From NCBI GenBank assembly GCA_035556295.1, contig DATMFE010000363.1:25131-89130 (forward strand): DNA of 64,000 bases, read 5' to 3'. This document shows positions 1 to 9,991 of this stretch, piece after piece; the stretch's first letter is position 1, and each line of letters begins with the position of its first letter. Below the pieces are notes generated by a model that did no database searches, was not told where the DNA came from, and was given only the letters and a program-made list of their open reading frames with translations. Both the position numbers and the translations under genes were made by a program. This DNA is from Ureibacillus sp. Lineage in GTDB: Bacteria; Bacillota; Bacilli; Bacillales_A; Planococcaceae.

Positions 1-309
1 AAGATCACAATTATATTCAGGTGAAATGTCTGCTAGTGACTCTGATAGAGTGTCTCCGTTATTTTCATTTAAAAATAATTCAAGCTCACTTTGTAATCAA
101 TCAGGTGAATAGTCATTTTTAATGATGATTGAATATGCATACTTATATAAATACAGCTCTTCTTTACTTGTTAACTCTCGCCCTGTGTATACGCTCACTT
201 TTATTGAATTGTCTTTATCGATTTCAATAAGTTTATCAAGTAGGTCAAAACCACTCATATCTTCCAAACCTAAAACTAATATGATGCAATAAAATTTCGA
301 AAATGCCAT
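1..309 (-). pseudogene. Decayed receiver-domain fragment of a multi-receiver hybrid sensor kinase/response regulator (runs off window edge)
   Basis: CIILVLGLEDMSGFDLL...VYTGRELT..EE...SIIIK..SPD matches REC domains of hybrid kinases; phosphoacceptor D appears replaced by V; in-frame TGA at 97-99, after which the frame continues (LQSELELFLNEN...) open to position 1. Confidence 0.65.
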
Positions 310-444
310 TTTGTTAATGTAATCTAAGTTTACTTTATTCTTTACATAATTAAATCACCAGTACTTCTTATTTTAGATAGGAATCACTTCCTAATTATGT
401 GGCGCATATTTTAATGCAGGATCAATAGCACTCCTATTGAAAAC

Positions 445-486
445 AAAAAGACTAGTAGGAATGATTATCCCTACTAGTCTTTTTTA
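445..486 (-). terminator. Intrinsic terminator downstream of the diguanylate cyclase (bidirectional-type)
   Basis: AAAAAGACTAGTAGG-loop-CCTACTAGTCTTTTT with A/T tracts on both sides. Confidence 0.8.
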
Positions 487-492
487 ACTTTA

Positions 493-3276
493 TTAATCTA
501 ATGTATAGATATTGCCACCTAGTTCTTTTGAGCGATATAAACATTGGTCGGCAATTCTAAATAATTCGTCCATACTATAAGAATTTGCAGTGTAAATTGC
601 TATCCCAATACTTGCTGTTAACTGAATTTCGTGCCCTTGAATATAAATAGACTCACTCATTTTTTTCAGCAATCTTTCTGCAACATACCTAACTTCCTCT
701 ATACTATTCATTTCAGGAGTTACGACAGTAAATTCGTCTCCACCTATTCTCGAGATGGTATCCTTATTTCTTAGAGATACATTTAAACGATTGGCAAATT
801 CTTTAATTACCTCGTCTCCTATATCATGACCTAAAGTATCGTTAATACTTTTGAATTTGTCGCAGTCCACAATCATTAACGCGGATACTTTTCCTGTTTT
901 ATCGGTCGTTAACATAGCTTGTTCCAACTGTTTATAGAAAAGTCGACGGTTTGGTAAATTTGTTAAATAATCATAAAACGCCATTTGTGTAAGCGTTGTT
1001 TCTTTTTGCTTTAATTCCGTAATATCATTTGAAATAAGCATCACTTTCTCAACTTCATTATTTTCATTAAGAATTGGTGTGATCGTTGTTTTTAACCAAA
1101 TGGCATAGCCATCACGATGGATATAGCGTAATTCTAAAGTAAGGGATTGCTTCGTATCCATGCATTCTTCCATGGTAGTTTCAAATAGCGACAAATCTTC
1201 GTAATGCAAGTTACTTGATATTGACTTACCGATTTCATTCCAAACTGGTATTCCTAAAATCTCTTCTATTGAAGGGGAACAGTAAGTAATTTTACCAGTA
1301 GGTGTTAATATTTTGATGATACTTTTTGTATTCTCTGCAATGATGCGGAAACGTTCTTCACTTTCTCTTAACGAACTATCAGCTCTCAATTTTTGAGTGA
1401 CATCTCTTAACATAACAATTCTAAAATTTTCCCCATGTTCCTGGAAGGTTGCTGTTGATATTTCAGCATGAACCGTTTCACCTTCAAGGGTTAAAAATTT
1501 TTCAATCGTTGGTACTGTAACAAATTCACTTTCACTAGAATTTTGTATTCTATTAAAAACGTTTTCCTTATTACTTGGATGAACAAAATTAAATATTGAT
1601 TTACCTTTTATAAAACATACATTTTTTGCTTTAGCTAATTTAAGAGCAGCTTTATTTAAATAAGTAATGATTTCTCCATCATGAATGATTAGTGGTTCTG
1701 GAGATGAATCAAGCACTTTTCTATATTTTTCTTCACTTGCTGCTAAATCTTGAAGTATCTGTTTTTCCTTCGTGATGTCCTTATAGGTAGCAATTGCAAA
1801 GGTTTTCCCGTTTTCAACTTTTCTATAGGTTGCTAATACATCGATTATTTCGCCATCTTTTCTCACGCGTTTCGTCTCAAATTGGAGACAAGGGTTCTCT
1901 TCGTGCAAAATACGGACCAATTCTTGAAAATGGTTTTTGTATTGTTCTAAATACACTTCTGAAAGTAATTGGACTTCATGATTTTCATATAAGAACATGT
2001 TCGTAAACGTTGGGTTTACTTTTAAGACTTTCCCTTTTTGATCAAATAACACAATTGCATCTGTTGAATACGTCCAAATATGTTTTAACTCTTGATTTTC
2101 TAGCTGAATAGCTACTTCTCTTTTTTTATTGTTCGTAATATCTCTCGCAATACTAGCTATTCCCGTTATTTCCCCTGTAGAATCATCATAAATTGGCGAA
2201 AACGTTATACTTAAATCTAACAGTTCTCCATCCGCTCTTTGTCTAATGAGGTGAATATCCCTGTTGCTATTACCAATTAATGTTTCCCGATACAATTTTT
2301 TCGTTTCATCAACAAGCCAATCAGGAATAGTTGGATTGAATTTGTGGATTAATTGTTCCTTTGTATAACCAAATGTTTTTACAAAAGCATCATTTACAAA
2401 TTCGATATTCCCTTCAAGATTTGTAATATAAATTGGATCTACATTATTATTAAGGAAAGAATTAAGCTGGTTATTTGCACGTTTAAGTTGATCAAATTCT
2501 TTTTTATCTTTGGAAATATCTTTTGCAATGCAATACAAACCACTAACTTTTCCGTGAATCGTAAGAGGTATTAACTTTACCTGAATATCCACTTTGAATC
2601 CATTTTTATGATAAGCATAGGTTTCAAATTGGTTTGATTTATTGTCCAATGCAAATTGGAAATGTTCACTCAGCTGTTCTAGTTGTTCGTTGTTAATAAA
2701 TTTTAAGATGTTTAGTCCAACTAATTCTAGCTGAGAGTAACCTAAGATATTTTTTATAGCATTATTTGTCTCTAAAATATATCCATCTAAATCTAAAGTT
2801 AAAATGGCATCTTTATCATTATGGATAAGTGAGGCTAAACGTTCTTGATTAATTTCAATGGTTTCTTTAATGTGATTTAACTCAACTATTTTACGATTAT
2901 AATCCGTAACATCACGAACAACAGATACGATAAACATCTTGTCCTTAAATGTAAATGGTGTTAAAACGGACTCTTTAATATATATTTGCTTATCAACGAT
3001 TACTTCGTCACTAAAAACAACGACTTTCTTTTGTCTAACACATTTTACATATTGTCTGGTTAAAAAATCTGCTTTTTCCTTGGGAAGTACTTCATGAAAT
3101 GTTTTTCCTACCATATCTCTTTCGTAATCTAAATGGCCTCTTCCAACTTGATTAGCAAAATAATAGTAAAACTCATCGTTCCGAACTTCCATAATATAAA
3201 ATATATCTTGAACAGTATTAAATGCACTCTGTAAAATATGCGACATATCTTCAAAGGTTTGTATATCCTGGTTCAT
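493..3276 (-). CDS. Cytoplasmic multi-PAS/PAC diguanylate cyclase (GGDEF)
   Basis: About six PAS/PAC repeats (..RDVT, KDIS, RDIT, NDIT), AFYDYLTNLPNRR, DCDKFKSINDTLGH, RIGGDEF with RNKD I-site; no EAL or TM segment; GGAG RBS before ATG 3276. Confidence 0.9.
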   Translation of the reverse strand: MNQDIQTFEDMSHILQSAFNTVQDIFYIMEVRNDEFYYYFANQVGRGHLDYERDMVGKTFHEVLPKEKADFLTRQYVKCVRQKKVVVFSDEVIVDKQIYIKESVLTPFTFKDKMFIVSVVRDVTDYNRKIVELNHIKETIEINQERLASLIHNDKDAILTLDLDGYILETNNAIKNILGYSQLELVGLNILKFINNEQLEQLSEHFQFALDNKSNQFETYAYHKNGFKVDIQVKLIPLTIHGKVSGLYCIAKDISKDKKEFDQLKRANNQLNSFLNNNVDPIYITNLEGNIEFVNDAFVKTFGYTKEQLIHKFNPTIPDWLVDETKKLYRETLIGNSNRDIHLIRQRADGELLDLSITFSPIYDDSTGEITGIASIARDITNNKKREVAIQLENQELKHIWTYSTDAIVLFDQKGKVLKVNPTFTNMFLYENHEVQLLSEVYLEQYKNHFQELVRILHEENPCLQFETKRVRKDGEIIDVLATYRKVENGKTFAIATYKDITKEKQILQDLAASEEKYRKVLDSSPEPLIIHDGEIITYLNKAALKLAKAKNVCFIKGKSIFNFVHPSNKENVFNRIQNSSESEFVTVPTIEKFLTLEGETVHAEISTATFQEHGENFRIVMLRDVTQKLRADSSLRESEERFRIIAENTKSIIKILTPTGKITYCSPSIEEILGIPVWNEIGKSISSNLHYEDLSLFETTMEECMDTKQSLTLELRYIHRDGYAIWLKTTITPILNENNEVEKVMLISNDITELKQKETTLTQMAFYDYLTNLPNRRLFYKQLEQAMLTTDKTGKVSALMIVDCDKFKSINDTLGHDIGDEVIKEFANRLNVSLRNKDTISRIGGDEFTVVTPEMNSIEEVRYVAERLLKKMSESIYIQGHEIQLTASIGIAIYTANSYSMDELFRIADQCLYRSKELGGNIYTLD

Positions 3277-3470
3277 TATATACAACTCCACTCTATAAAA
3301 AATGGTAATCATTTCATGAAATAAACTTTTTAAATATCACTTTAAATTATTATTTTAATAGTTTTTTATCGTATTTTCCATAACAAAAATGAGTTTTTCC
3401 TTTATATTTTGAATTTATATTTTTTTATTAGGACTTATTGCACCTTTACAAAAAAGAAGAAGTGTACCTA

Positions 3471-4361
3471 TTAGGTAAGCACTTCTTCTTCAGTGACTAA
3501 AAATTCTGTTGTTAATTCAAAACCTCTCATATAATCTGGAGAACCAGGAAAACTTTGCATAAATCCGTGGATGTTGCCATCAAAACGAACAAGTTTTATT
3601 TTGCCACCTGCAGATTGAATCTTTTCGGCGTAAGCTTCTCCTTCGTCGCTAAACGGATCGTATTCTGCGGTATAAATAAGTGAAGGTGGCATTTTTGCTA
3701 ATATCGATTTTTCTATAGACAATGGTGAATGAAGATTCGATTGTAAAATACCATTGAGGTTCGTCAAATCAATTCCATATTTTCCGTTATACATTTTTCT
3801 TGAGAGGAAATCACTATCTTCAATTTTGTCATTAAAATCGGTTATTGGGTAAAATAATAATTGGTTTTTCAATGAGAAGTCATTTCTTTTGATGGCTTCT
3901 ATAGTTATGGAAGTCGCTAATGTACCACCAACACTTCCACCACCTATTGAGATGTCAGTATTACTACCACTAAATTGTTTTGCATGTTGCACGATCCACT
4001 TAGTGGCCTCATAACATTTCTTTAATGTATCGGAGAAATTTGCTAATTCTGATGGATAATCAATTGCAATAAGCCTATAACCTGAAAATGATGCAATCAT
4101 TCTACAAGCCACATCTAATGCATCTAAATTTCCATTCATAAATCTTCCTTCATGGAAAAATACTAATAATGGATACTGTTCCTGTTGAAGGGGTGTATAA
4201 ATACGGATTGGTAATTGATGCCCACTAAATTTTAACAATTGATCTTCTATTTGGTGAATGGATGGTCTTCTTTCATTTGGAGGATTTTCTTGATGTATTC
4301 CTATCGTTCTTTCTTCTGGGTGTTCATCGAAATACTTTAAAATGTAAGAATGAATCGGCAT
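3471..4361 (-). CDS. Alpha/beta hydrolase, HSL/Abhydrolase_3-like esterase
   Basis: PIRIYTP, GGSVGG nucleophile elbow, EYDP acid, IHGF His; oxyanion motif is divergent (HEGR). Confidence 0.8.
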   Translation of the reverse strand: MPIHSYILKYFDEHPEERTIGIHQENPPNERRPSIHQIEDQLLKFSGHQLPIRIYTPLQQEQYPLLVFFHEGRFMNGNLDALDVACRMIASFSGYRLIAIDYPSELANFSDTLKKCYEATKWIVQHAKQFSGSNTDISIGGGSVGGTLATSITIEAIKRNDFSLKNQLLFYPITDFNDKIEDSDFLSRKMYNGKYGIDLTNLNGILQSNLHSPLSIEKSILAKMPPSLIYTAEYDPFSDEGEAYAEKIQSAGGKIKLVRFDGNIHGFMQSFPGSPDYMRGFELTTEFLVTEEEVLT

Positions 4362-4447
4362 ATAATTCCCCTTTCTGATTAATAATAAAAAATAAAAAAC
4401 TGCACCTCAAAAATATTGTGAGATACAGTCCAAGTCATATGAAACGT

Positions 4448-4636
4448 TTAATTGTGATTCAATTTGTTTTTAACTTCATCAACATTGGTATCACTATAGA
4501 TTGACGTTCCTTTTCTGCCTGTTTTTGCAAGTAATGCATAAACCTCATTATAAGATAGACCTGATTCTGCGTTTTGTTGTTTCACCTCATCAATATTCGT
4601 TCCAGCTACTGTATACTTTTTTTCTTGATGGTTCAC
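4448..4636 (-). CDS. Small protein resembling gamma-type small acid-soluble spore protein-like repeats
   Basis: Two internal repeats (GTNIDEVKQQN / DTNVDEVKNKL); GGAGG RBS before GTG 4636. Confidence 0.6.
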   Translation of the reverse strand: MNHQEKKYTVAGTNIDEVKQQNAESGLSYNEVYALLAKTGRKGTSIYSDTNVDEVKNKLNHN

Positions 4637-4796
4637 CTGATGCGCCTCCAATTGAATTTGATATTATTTTGTCACAATCCAATCGATTTATTAATGGTAC
4701 TTGTCTTTACGATTCGCAGTTTTTGCCAATTAATATTTAGTGTAAAAATTAAAAAGAAACACCAAGCAACAAAATGCTTGGTGTTAAATGAATGTA

Positions 4797-5996
4797 CTAT
4801 TTTGAATTAACAGGTTCAAGATATTGTATTTCTGGGACAAACTGAGACATATGACTCTTGATTTCTTCATAAAGCTCCTGGTGATCGTTTAAATCATCTT
4901 TATTTAATTGATACATAGGAATAATTTTAAAGTTTTTCCAATTGGAAAACCTGACATAAGTAGGAATTAATGCAGGATTTGTAATATCAATACTAATAAT
5001 TTCGTTATTTTTTTTATCGTACGAAATTGTTTTGGTAATATCGAGTTGTATGATTGCACCAATTTGACGATATAATTTATCTTGCGCGGAAATAAAGTTT
5101 CCTAATGAGTGAATGACAAATGTTTTATTTCCATTCACTCCTGTGTACCATTTAGCAGGTTGTAATACATGCGGATGATGTCCAAATACGATATCTGCAC
5201 CGTAATCTGAAGCAAGTTGGACAATACGTTCTTGTTCTTCGTTAAACATACGTGCATATTCATTACCATTATGAAGATTTACTATGACAACATCTGACAT
5301 CTTTCTTGCTTCGCTTATGTCTTCTATCATTTTTTCCTCATCGATATAGTTCACCAAATATTCTTTTCCTTCTGGTGTTTTCAGACCATTTGTTCCATAG
5401 GTATAGGATAAAAATGAAAAAACTATATTATTAATTGTCATGGTTTTGATTATATCTGCCTCTTTTTGACTCGTTGCTGCACCGACATAAGTTATCCCTA
5501 ATTTATCCCAATAATTTGTGGCATTAATAATTGCTTGTTCTCCTCTATCAAGAGTATGGTTGTTTGCCATCGTAACGACATCAACACCAACATCTTTTAG
5601 AACATCGCCAACCTCATAAGGACTATTAAATTGTGGATAGCTAGATAAGCCGATTTCTTGACCACCAATAATGCTTTCCGAATTTGCAATAGTTAGATCG
5701 GTACTCTCTAAAAGAGGTTTAACTAACTCAAACATTTTAGAGAAGTCATATTCATTAGGGGCTATGTTTGCATCTTCATAAACAGCATTGTGAATTAATA
5801 TATCCCCAATAGCCGAAACAGATGCTGTATAAATTTCAGGTTCTCTTGGTATGATAATTTCAGTTTCTTTACCTGACTTTATTTCTTTCAATTGATTGAT
5901 AGTTTCTGATGTTGATTTGTCTAGCTCCTCATTTTCTAGCGTGTTACATGATGCTAATAGAAAAATGGAGAAAACCACTAAAGCTCTTCTGATTAT
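4797..5996 (-). CDS. CapA/PGA_cap family metallophosphoesterase lipoprotein (start codon uncertain)
   Basis: GDILIH, NSES, ANNHTLD, GHHPH, SLGNF motifs; lipobox LASC; strong AAGGAG is followed by in-frame ATA/ATC rather than ATG. Confidence 0.8.
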   Translation of the reverse strand: MIRRALVVFSIFLLASCNTLENEELDKSTSETINQLKEIKSGKETEIIIPREPEIYTASVSAIGDILIHNAVYEDANIAPNEYDFSKMFELVKPLLESTDLTIANSESIIGGQEIGLSSYPQFNSPYEVGDVLKDVGVDVVTMANNHTLDRGEQAIINATNYWDKLGITYVGAATSQKEADIIKTMTINNIVFSFLSYTYGTNGLKTPEGKEYLVNYIDEEKMIEDISEARKMSDVVIVNLHNGNEYARMFNEEQERIVQLASDYGADIVFGHHPHVLQPAKWYTGVNGNKTFVIHSLGNFISAQDKLYRQIGAIIQLDITKTISYDKKNNEIISIDITNPALIPTYVRFSNWKNFKIIPMYQLNKDDLNDHQELYEEIKSHMSQFVPEIQYLEPVNSK

Positions 5997-6282
5997 TTGA
6001 ATACACTCCTTTAAAACTATGTATGTTAATACAATCCTATAATAACAAATTATGACACTATTTAACATAAATTATACAAATATTGTTATTTTTTGAAATT
6101 ATATTATATTTCTTGTTTCAATTGTGAAAAGATAGTAAATCTATGCTTTATAATGATAACATTTAAGATTCAATTATTGGTTCTGATTTTTTCTTTATTA
6201 GGGTATAGAACTTTAACTAATTATTTTTTATCAATTAAGTCATCGACATTGTTAGAATAACTTTCTTTAAATAATGTACTCT

Positions 6283-6311
6283 CACCCATTGGTCTTTTAC
6301 CTCATATTCTA
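6283..6311 (+). promoter_or_regulatory. Candidate SigK-type promoter of the membrane protein gene
   Basis: CACC-N16-CATATTCTA shortly upstream of the GAGGAG RBS. Confidence 0.4.
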
Positions 6312-6339
6312 ATGCAAATGGACTGAGGAGGAGATTAGG

Positions 6340-7728
6340 TTGATTGCGTTAAGTGCTCTTCATTGGATATACGTCGTCTTTATAGTCTTAATTATTGGGT
6401 TTATGGTGAAACGTCGTGATACGACGCTCATTAGTATACTTGGGATCTTTTTAATAGCAATTGTTGCTACTGGTGATTTAACTGCGTCTGTAAGCGGTGT
6501 ATTTAAGAGCTTTGTGTTTGCCACAACTGAGTTGCTCTCTACAATTTTAATTATCTGTATTATTGTTGCGATGAGCAAAGTGTTACAGAAAACAGGGATC
6601 AACGAAGTGATGGTGGCTCCATTTACCAAAATCATTAAAACACCAGCATTAGCTTATTGGACGATTGGTATTTTAATGATGCTTATATCTTGGTTCTTCT
6701 GGCCATCTCCTGCGGTTGCACTACTAGGTGCCGTCATGTTACCAGTTGCTATCCGCGCCGGATTACCAGCACTTGGTGTCGCAATGGCAATGAACTTGTT
6801 TGGTCACGGTATTGCATTATCAGGTGACTTTATTATCCAAGGTGCACCAAAGCTTACTGCTGATGCTGCAGGCATACCTGTAACAGATGTAGTTAATGCA
6901 AGTATCCCTTTAGTAATTACAATGGGTGTTGTTACAACAATTGTGGCGTTTTTCTTATTGCGCCGAGATATGAAGCAAGGAAAACTTGAAATGGTCGGAA
7001 CATTCGATGGTGAAAAAGTAGCTGAAACTGCTGAAGAAGGTTTGCTATCCAAAGGACAAAAGCAATTTTTTGCAATTTTCATTCCGATTGCCTTTATTTT
7101 AGATGTAATCGCAATGTCCATATTTAAGTTATCAGGTGGAGATGCGACAGCGATTGTTGGGGGTACAGCAATCTTCATCTTACTGTTACTTTCCATGTTT
7201 GCGCATAAAAATTCAGGGTTGGAAAAGACAACAAGTTATTTAATTGAAGGCTTCCAATTTGGTTTTAAAGTGTTCGGTCCAGTTATACCAATTGCTGCAT
7301 TCTTCTATTTAGGCGACTCAGGATATTTAACGATTATTGGAGATTTACCAATTGGCTCTCAAGGTATTGTAAACGATCTTGGTATGGCATTAGCTGCGGT
7401 AGTCCCATTAACAAAAGAAATCGCTGCTATTACTTTAACAGGTGTTGGTGCAATTACCGGACTTGATGGATCAGGTTTCTCAGGTATTACACTTGCGGGA
7501 TCCATTGCTAATTTATTCGGAACTGCGATCGATGCGGGTACAGCTACATTAACTGCAATGGGGCAAATCGCTGCTATTTGGGTTGGTGGTGGTACTTTAG
7601 TACCTTGGGCATTAATTCCTGCAGCTGCGATTTGTAATGTTAGTCCATTTGAATTGGCAAGGAAGAACTTTATTCCGGTAGTAGTCGGTTTAGTGGTAAC
7701 AACGATTGTTGCGATGTTCTTAATATAA
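6340..7728 (+). CDS. Polytopic membrane protein, probable secondary transporter (ion-transporter-superfamily-like) of unknown substrate
   Basis: 462 aa, about 12 hydrophobic segments, Gly-rich motifs (FGHGIALSGD, GLDGSGFSG); GAGGAG RBS with TTG start. Confidence 0.7.
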   Translation: MIALSALHWIYVVFIVLIIGFMVKRRDTTLISILGIFLIAIVATGDLTASVSGVFKSFVFATTELLSTILIICIIVAMSKVLQKTGINEVMVAPFTKIIKTPALAYWTIGILMMLISWFFWPSPAVALLGAVMLPVAIRAGLPALGVAMAMNLFGHGIALSGDFIIQGAPKLTADAAGIPVTDVVNASIPLVITMGVVTTIVAFFLLRRDMKQGKLEMVGTFDGEKVAETAEEGLLSKGQKQFFAIFIPIAFILDVIAMSIFKLSGGDATAIVGGTAIFILLLLSMFAHKNSGLEKTTSYLIEGFQFGFKVFGPVIPIAAFFYLGDSGYLTIIGDLPIGSQGIVNDLGMALAAVVPLTKEIAAITLTGVGAITGLDGSGFSGITLAGSIANLFGTAIDAGTATLTAMGQIAAIWVGGGTLVPWALIPAAAICNVSPFELARKNFIPVVVGLVVTTIVAMFLI

Positions 7729-7810
7729 AGTAAAAAATGCATGACGAAAATAATTCGCCATGCATTTTTCATTTTGTGTATATCATGAAAATCACTTTGT
7801 TTAAGATAAA

Positions 7811-8989
7811 TTAGTTTATATTTTCTAATAATACAGCAATGCCTTGCCCACCACCTATGCATAGTGCAGCAATACCATATTTTTTATTTTGTAATTGTAA
7901 TTCTTTTGCTAATGAGTATGTGATTCTAGCACCACTAGCCCCTACTGGATGTCCTAAGGCAATGGCACCACCGTTTACATTCACTTTACTTTGATCTAAA
8001 TGAAGTTCCTTCATACAAGCTAGACTTTGTGCAGCAAAAGCTTCATTCAGTTCAAATAAATCAATATCTTGGATTGAAAGATTCGCTTTACTTAATACTT
8101 TTTGAATTGCAGGTACAGGACCAATCCCCATAATATTTGGGTCTACTCCTGCAATAGCCCAAGCGACAATTCTACTTAATGGTTTCAAGTTTTTCTCTTT
8201 AACCACTTGTTCTGAAGCTACCACTACTGCAGCAGCACCATCATTGATACCGCTAGCATTCCCAGCAGTAACGGTACCATCTTTAAGAAAGGCAGGCTTT
8301 AATGTGCTCATTTTTTCGATACTACTATTGCTTCGAACGTGTTCATCTTGTTCTACAGTAATTTCGTGTCCTTTAGAATTCTTTACTGTTACAGGTACGA
8401 TTTCTTTTGCAAACCTTCCAGTTTCAATTGCACGCGTTGCCTTTAAATGTGATTGAACAGAAAATGCATCCTGTTCTTCCCTACTAATCTCATATTTTTT
8501 AGCTAGATTTTCTGCTGTAATCCCCATTCCACAACCAATATATTCATCTGTTAACGTTCCCCATAGCATATCATCAATAATAGGAGCTTTGTTTGGATTG
8601 CTAAAGCGAGTACCCCTTAAAACGTGTGGAGCACGTGACATATTTTCAGTGCCCCCAGCAACGATTAACTGGGCATCGCCTAAAAGAATAGATTGTGCAC
8701 CACTAACAATAGCTTGTAATCCAGAACCACATAAACGATTCACAGTTAGTGCAGCAGAAGTAATTGGTAATCCACTTTTCAATCCAATATGGCGAGCTAG
8801 ATACGCAGAATTTTTTTGTGTGTGAATGATATTACCAAAAATGATTTCGTTAATATCTTCTGCATTGATACCACTTCGTTTTAATGCTTCTTTTGATACT
8901 GCTACCCCTAAATCTACATCTTCAGTTTGTAGAAATGAACCTCCGAAACTACCAAAAGCAGTACGGCTTCCTTCTAGAATATAAACCAT
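7811..8989 (-). CDS. Acetyl-CoA C-acetyltransferase (thiolase)
   Basis: NRLCGSG catalytic Cys, NEAFA, GAIALGHPVGASG, CIGGGQG. Confidence 0.95.
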   Translation of the reverse strand: MVYILEGSRTAFGSFGGSFLQTEDVDLGVAVSKEALKRSGINAEDINEIIFGNIIHTQKNSAYLARHIGLKSGLPITSAALTVNRLCGSGLQAIVSGAQSILLGDAQLIVAGGTENMSRAPHVLRGTRFSNPNKAPIIDDMLWGTLTDEYIGCGMGITAENLAKKYEISREEQDAFSVQSHLKATRAIETGRFAKEIVPVTVKNSKGHEITVEQDEHVRSNSSIEKMSTLKPAFLKDGTVTAGNASGINDGAAAVVVASEQVVKEKNLKPLSRIVAWAIAGVDPNIMGIGPVPAIQKVLSKANLSIQDIDLFELNEAFAAQSLACMKELHLDQSKVNVNGGAIALGHPVGASGARITYSLAKELQLQNKKYGIAALCIGGGQGIAVLLENIN

Positions 8990-9151
8990 TTTCGTTCCTC
9001 CTTATTAAATCCCCTATGTAAATTATTCAATCTGTTCATGTTTCATGAATAAGATCTCTATTAATTTCTATTCTATAAATAGCTGTTTTTTCCTTTCGAT
9101 CAATACAAAATAAACACAGGTTCCACATTTGAGAAACCTGTGTTATGTAGG

Positions 9152-9991
9152 TTAATTTAAATATTTTCCGTACTTTGGTCTTGCAATATGATCAAAATTT
9201 TTAGCAAGTATTTCCAAACTCTTTTTAAGTTTTTCACCTTTTAACGGGATCCCATGGCCAGTTACAGCAACTGTTGGATTTAAACATGCTAATTTGTTTA
9301 CAGATTCCCTTGCTTGATCCCAATTTGTTGTAAAATATCTTGGAGGTCCAGTTACCTCAGCATCTTGGACAAGTACTTTAAATAGCTGGTCTTGTCTTAC
9401 TGTAATAAAGGCATCACCAGCAATAAGTGCTCGGTCATCTTCTCTGAAAAATGAAACATGTCCAGGTGAATGCCCTGGAGTATGAATCCACTTCCATCCA
9501 TTTAAAGTTGGAACTGTACGGTCACTAGGCAATGGTTGTACGTGTGAACCTAATTGGATTGGTTCATTTGGGAAATAGGGCGACATTCTAGCAACTAACC
9601 CACCTTCTACAGATGGGTCTGCCTCTGGATATTTCATTTTCCCTGTTAAAAAAGGAATTTCGGTTTCATGAGCATATACAGGTACATTCCATTGTTCGAC
9701 TAATTCAATAATTGCACCGACATGATCAAAATGGCCATGAGTTAATATAATTGCATTTGGTCTTGCATTCGGTCCAAAACGATTTTCTGCTTCTTCAATA
9801 ATTTTATTGGCTGATTTTGGCATACCAGCATCAATTAGTGACCACCCATCTTTGTTACCTACAAAACATAGATTGACTACTTGGATTGTATAGGCATAAA
9901 TATCATCAGTCACCACTTCACCAACACCACTTAAAATTGATGTCACAGGAATATATTTGTAATCTTTGCCGTAGTTTAATTCTTCATTCAT
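9152..9991 (-). CDS. MBL-fold metallo-hydrolase (YflN-like)
   Basis: LIDAG, THGHFDH, HTPGH, AGDA, TGHG; GGGAGG RBS before ATG 9991. Confidence 0.85.
   Translation of the reverse strand: MNEELNYGKDYKYIPVTSILSGVGEVVTDDIYAYTIQVVNLCFVGNKDGWSLIDAGMPKSANKIIEEAENRFGPNARPNAIILTHGHFDHVGAIIELVEQWNVPVYAHETEIPFLTGKMKYPEADPSVEGGLVARMSPYFPNEPIQLGSHVQPLPSDRTVPTLNGWKWIHTPGHSPGHVSFFREDDRALIAGDAFITVRQDQLFKVLVQDAEVTGPPRYFTTNWDQARESVNKLACLNPTVAVTGHGIPLKGEKLKKSLEILAKNFDHIARPKYGKYLN

Noticed and set aside
6058-6080. TTATGTTAAAT XerD-like arm upstream of capA (similar partial words at ~340 and ~59613)
   Set aside because: Isolated AT-rich matches with no partner arm; the capA one abuts a probable TATAAT promoter element.
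6360-7862. Antisense ORFs over the membrane protein gene, and similar shadow ORFs over citB, leuC, ilvD, the nucleotidase and others
   Set aside because: They lie opposite or out of frame within confident genes, lack RBSs and are explained by codon bias.
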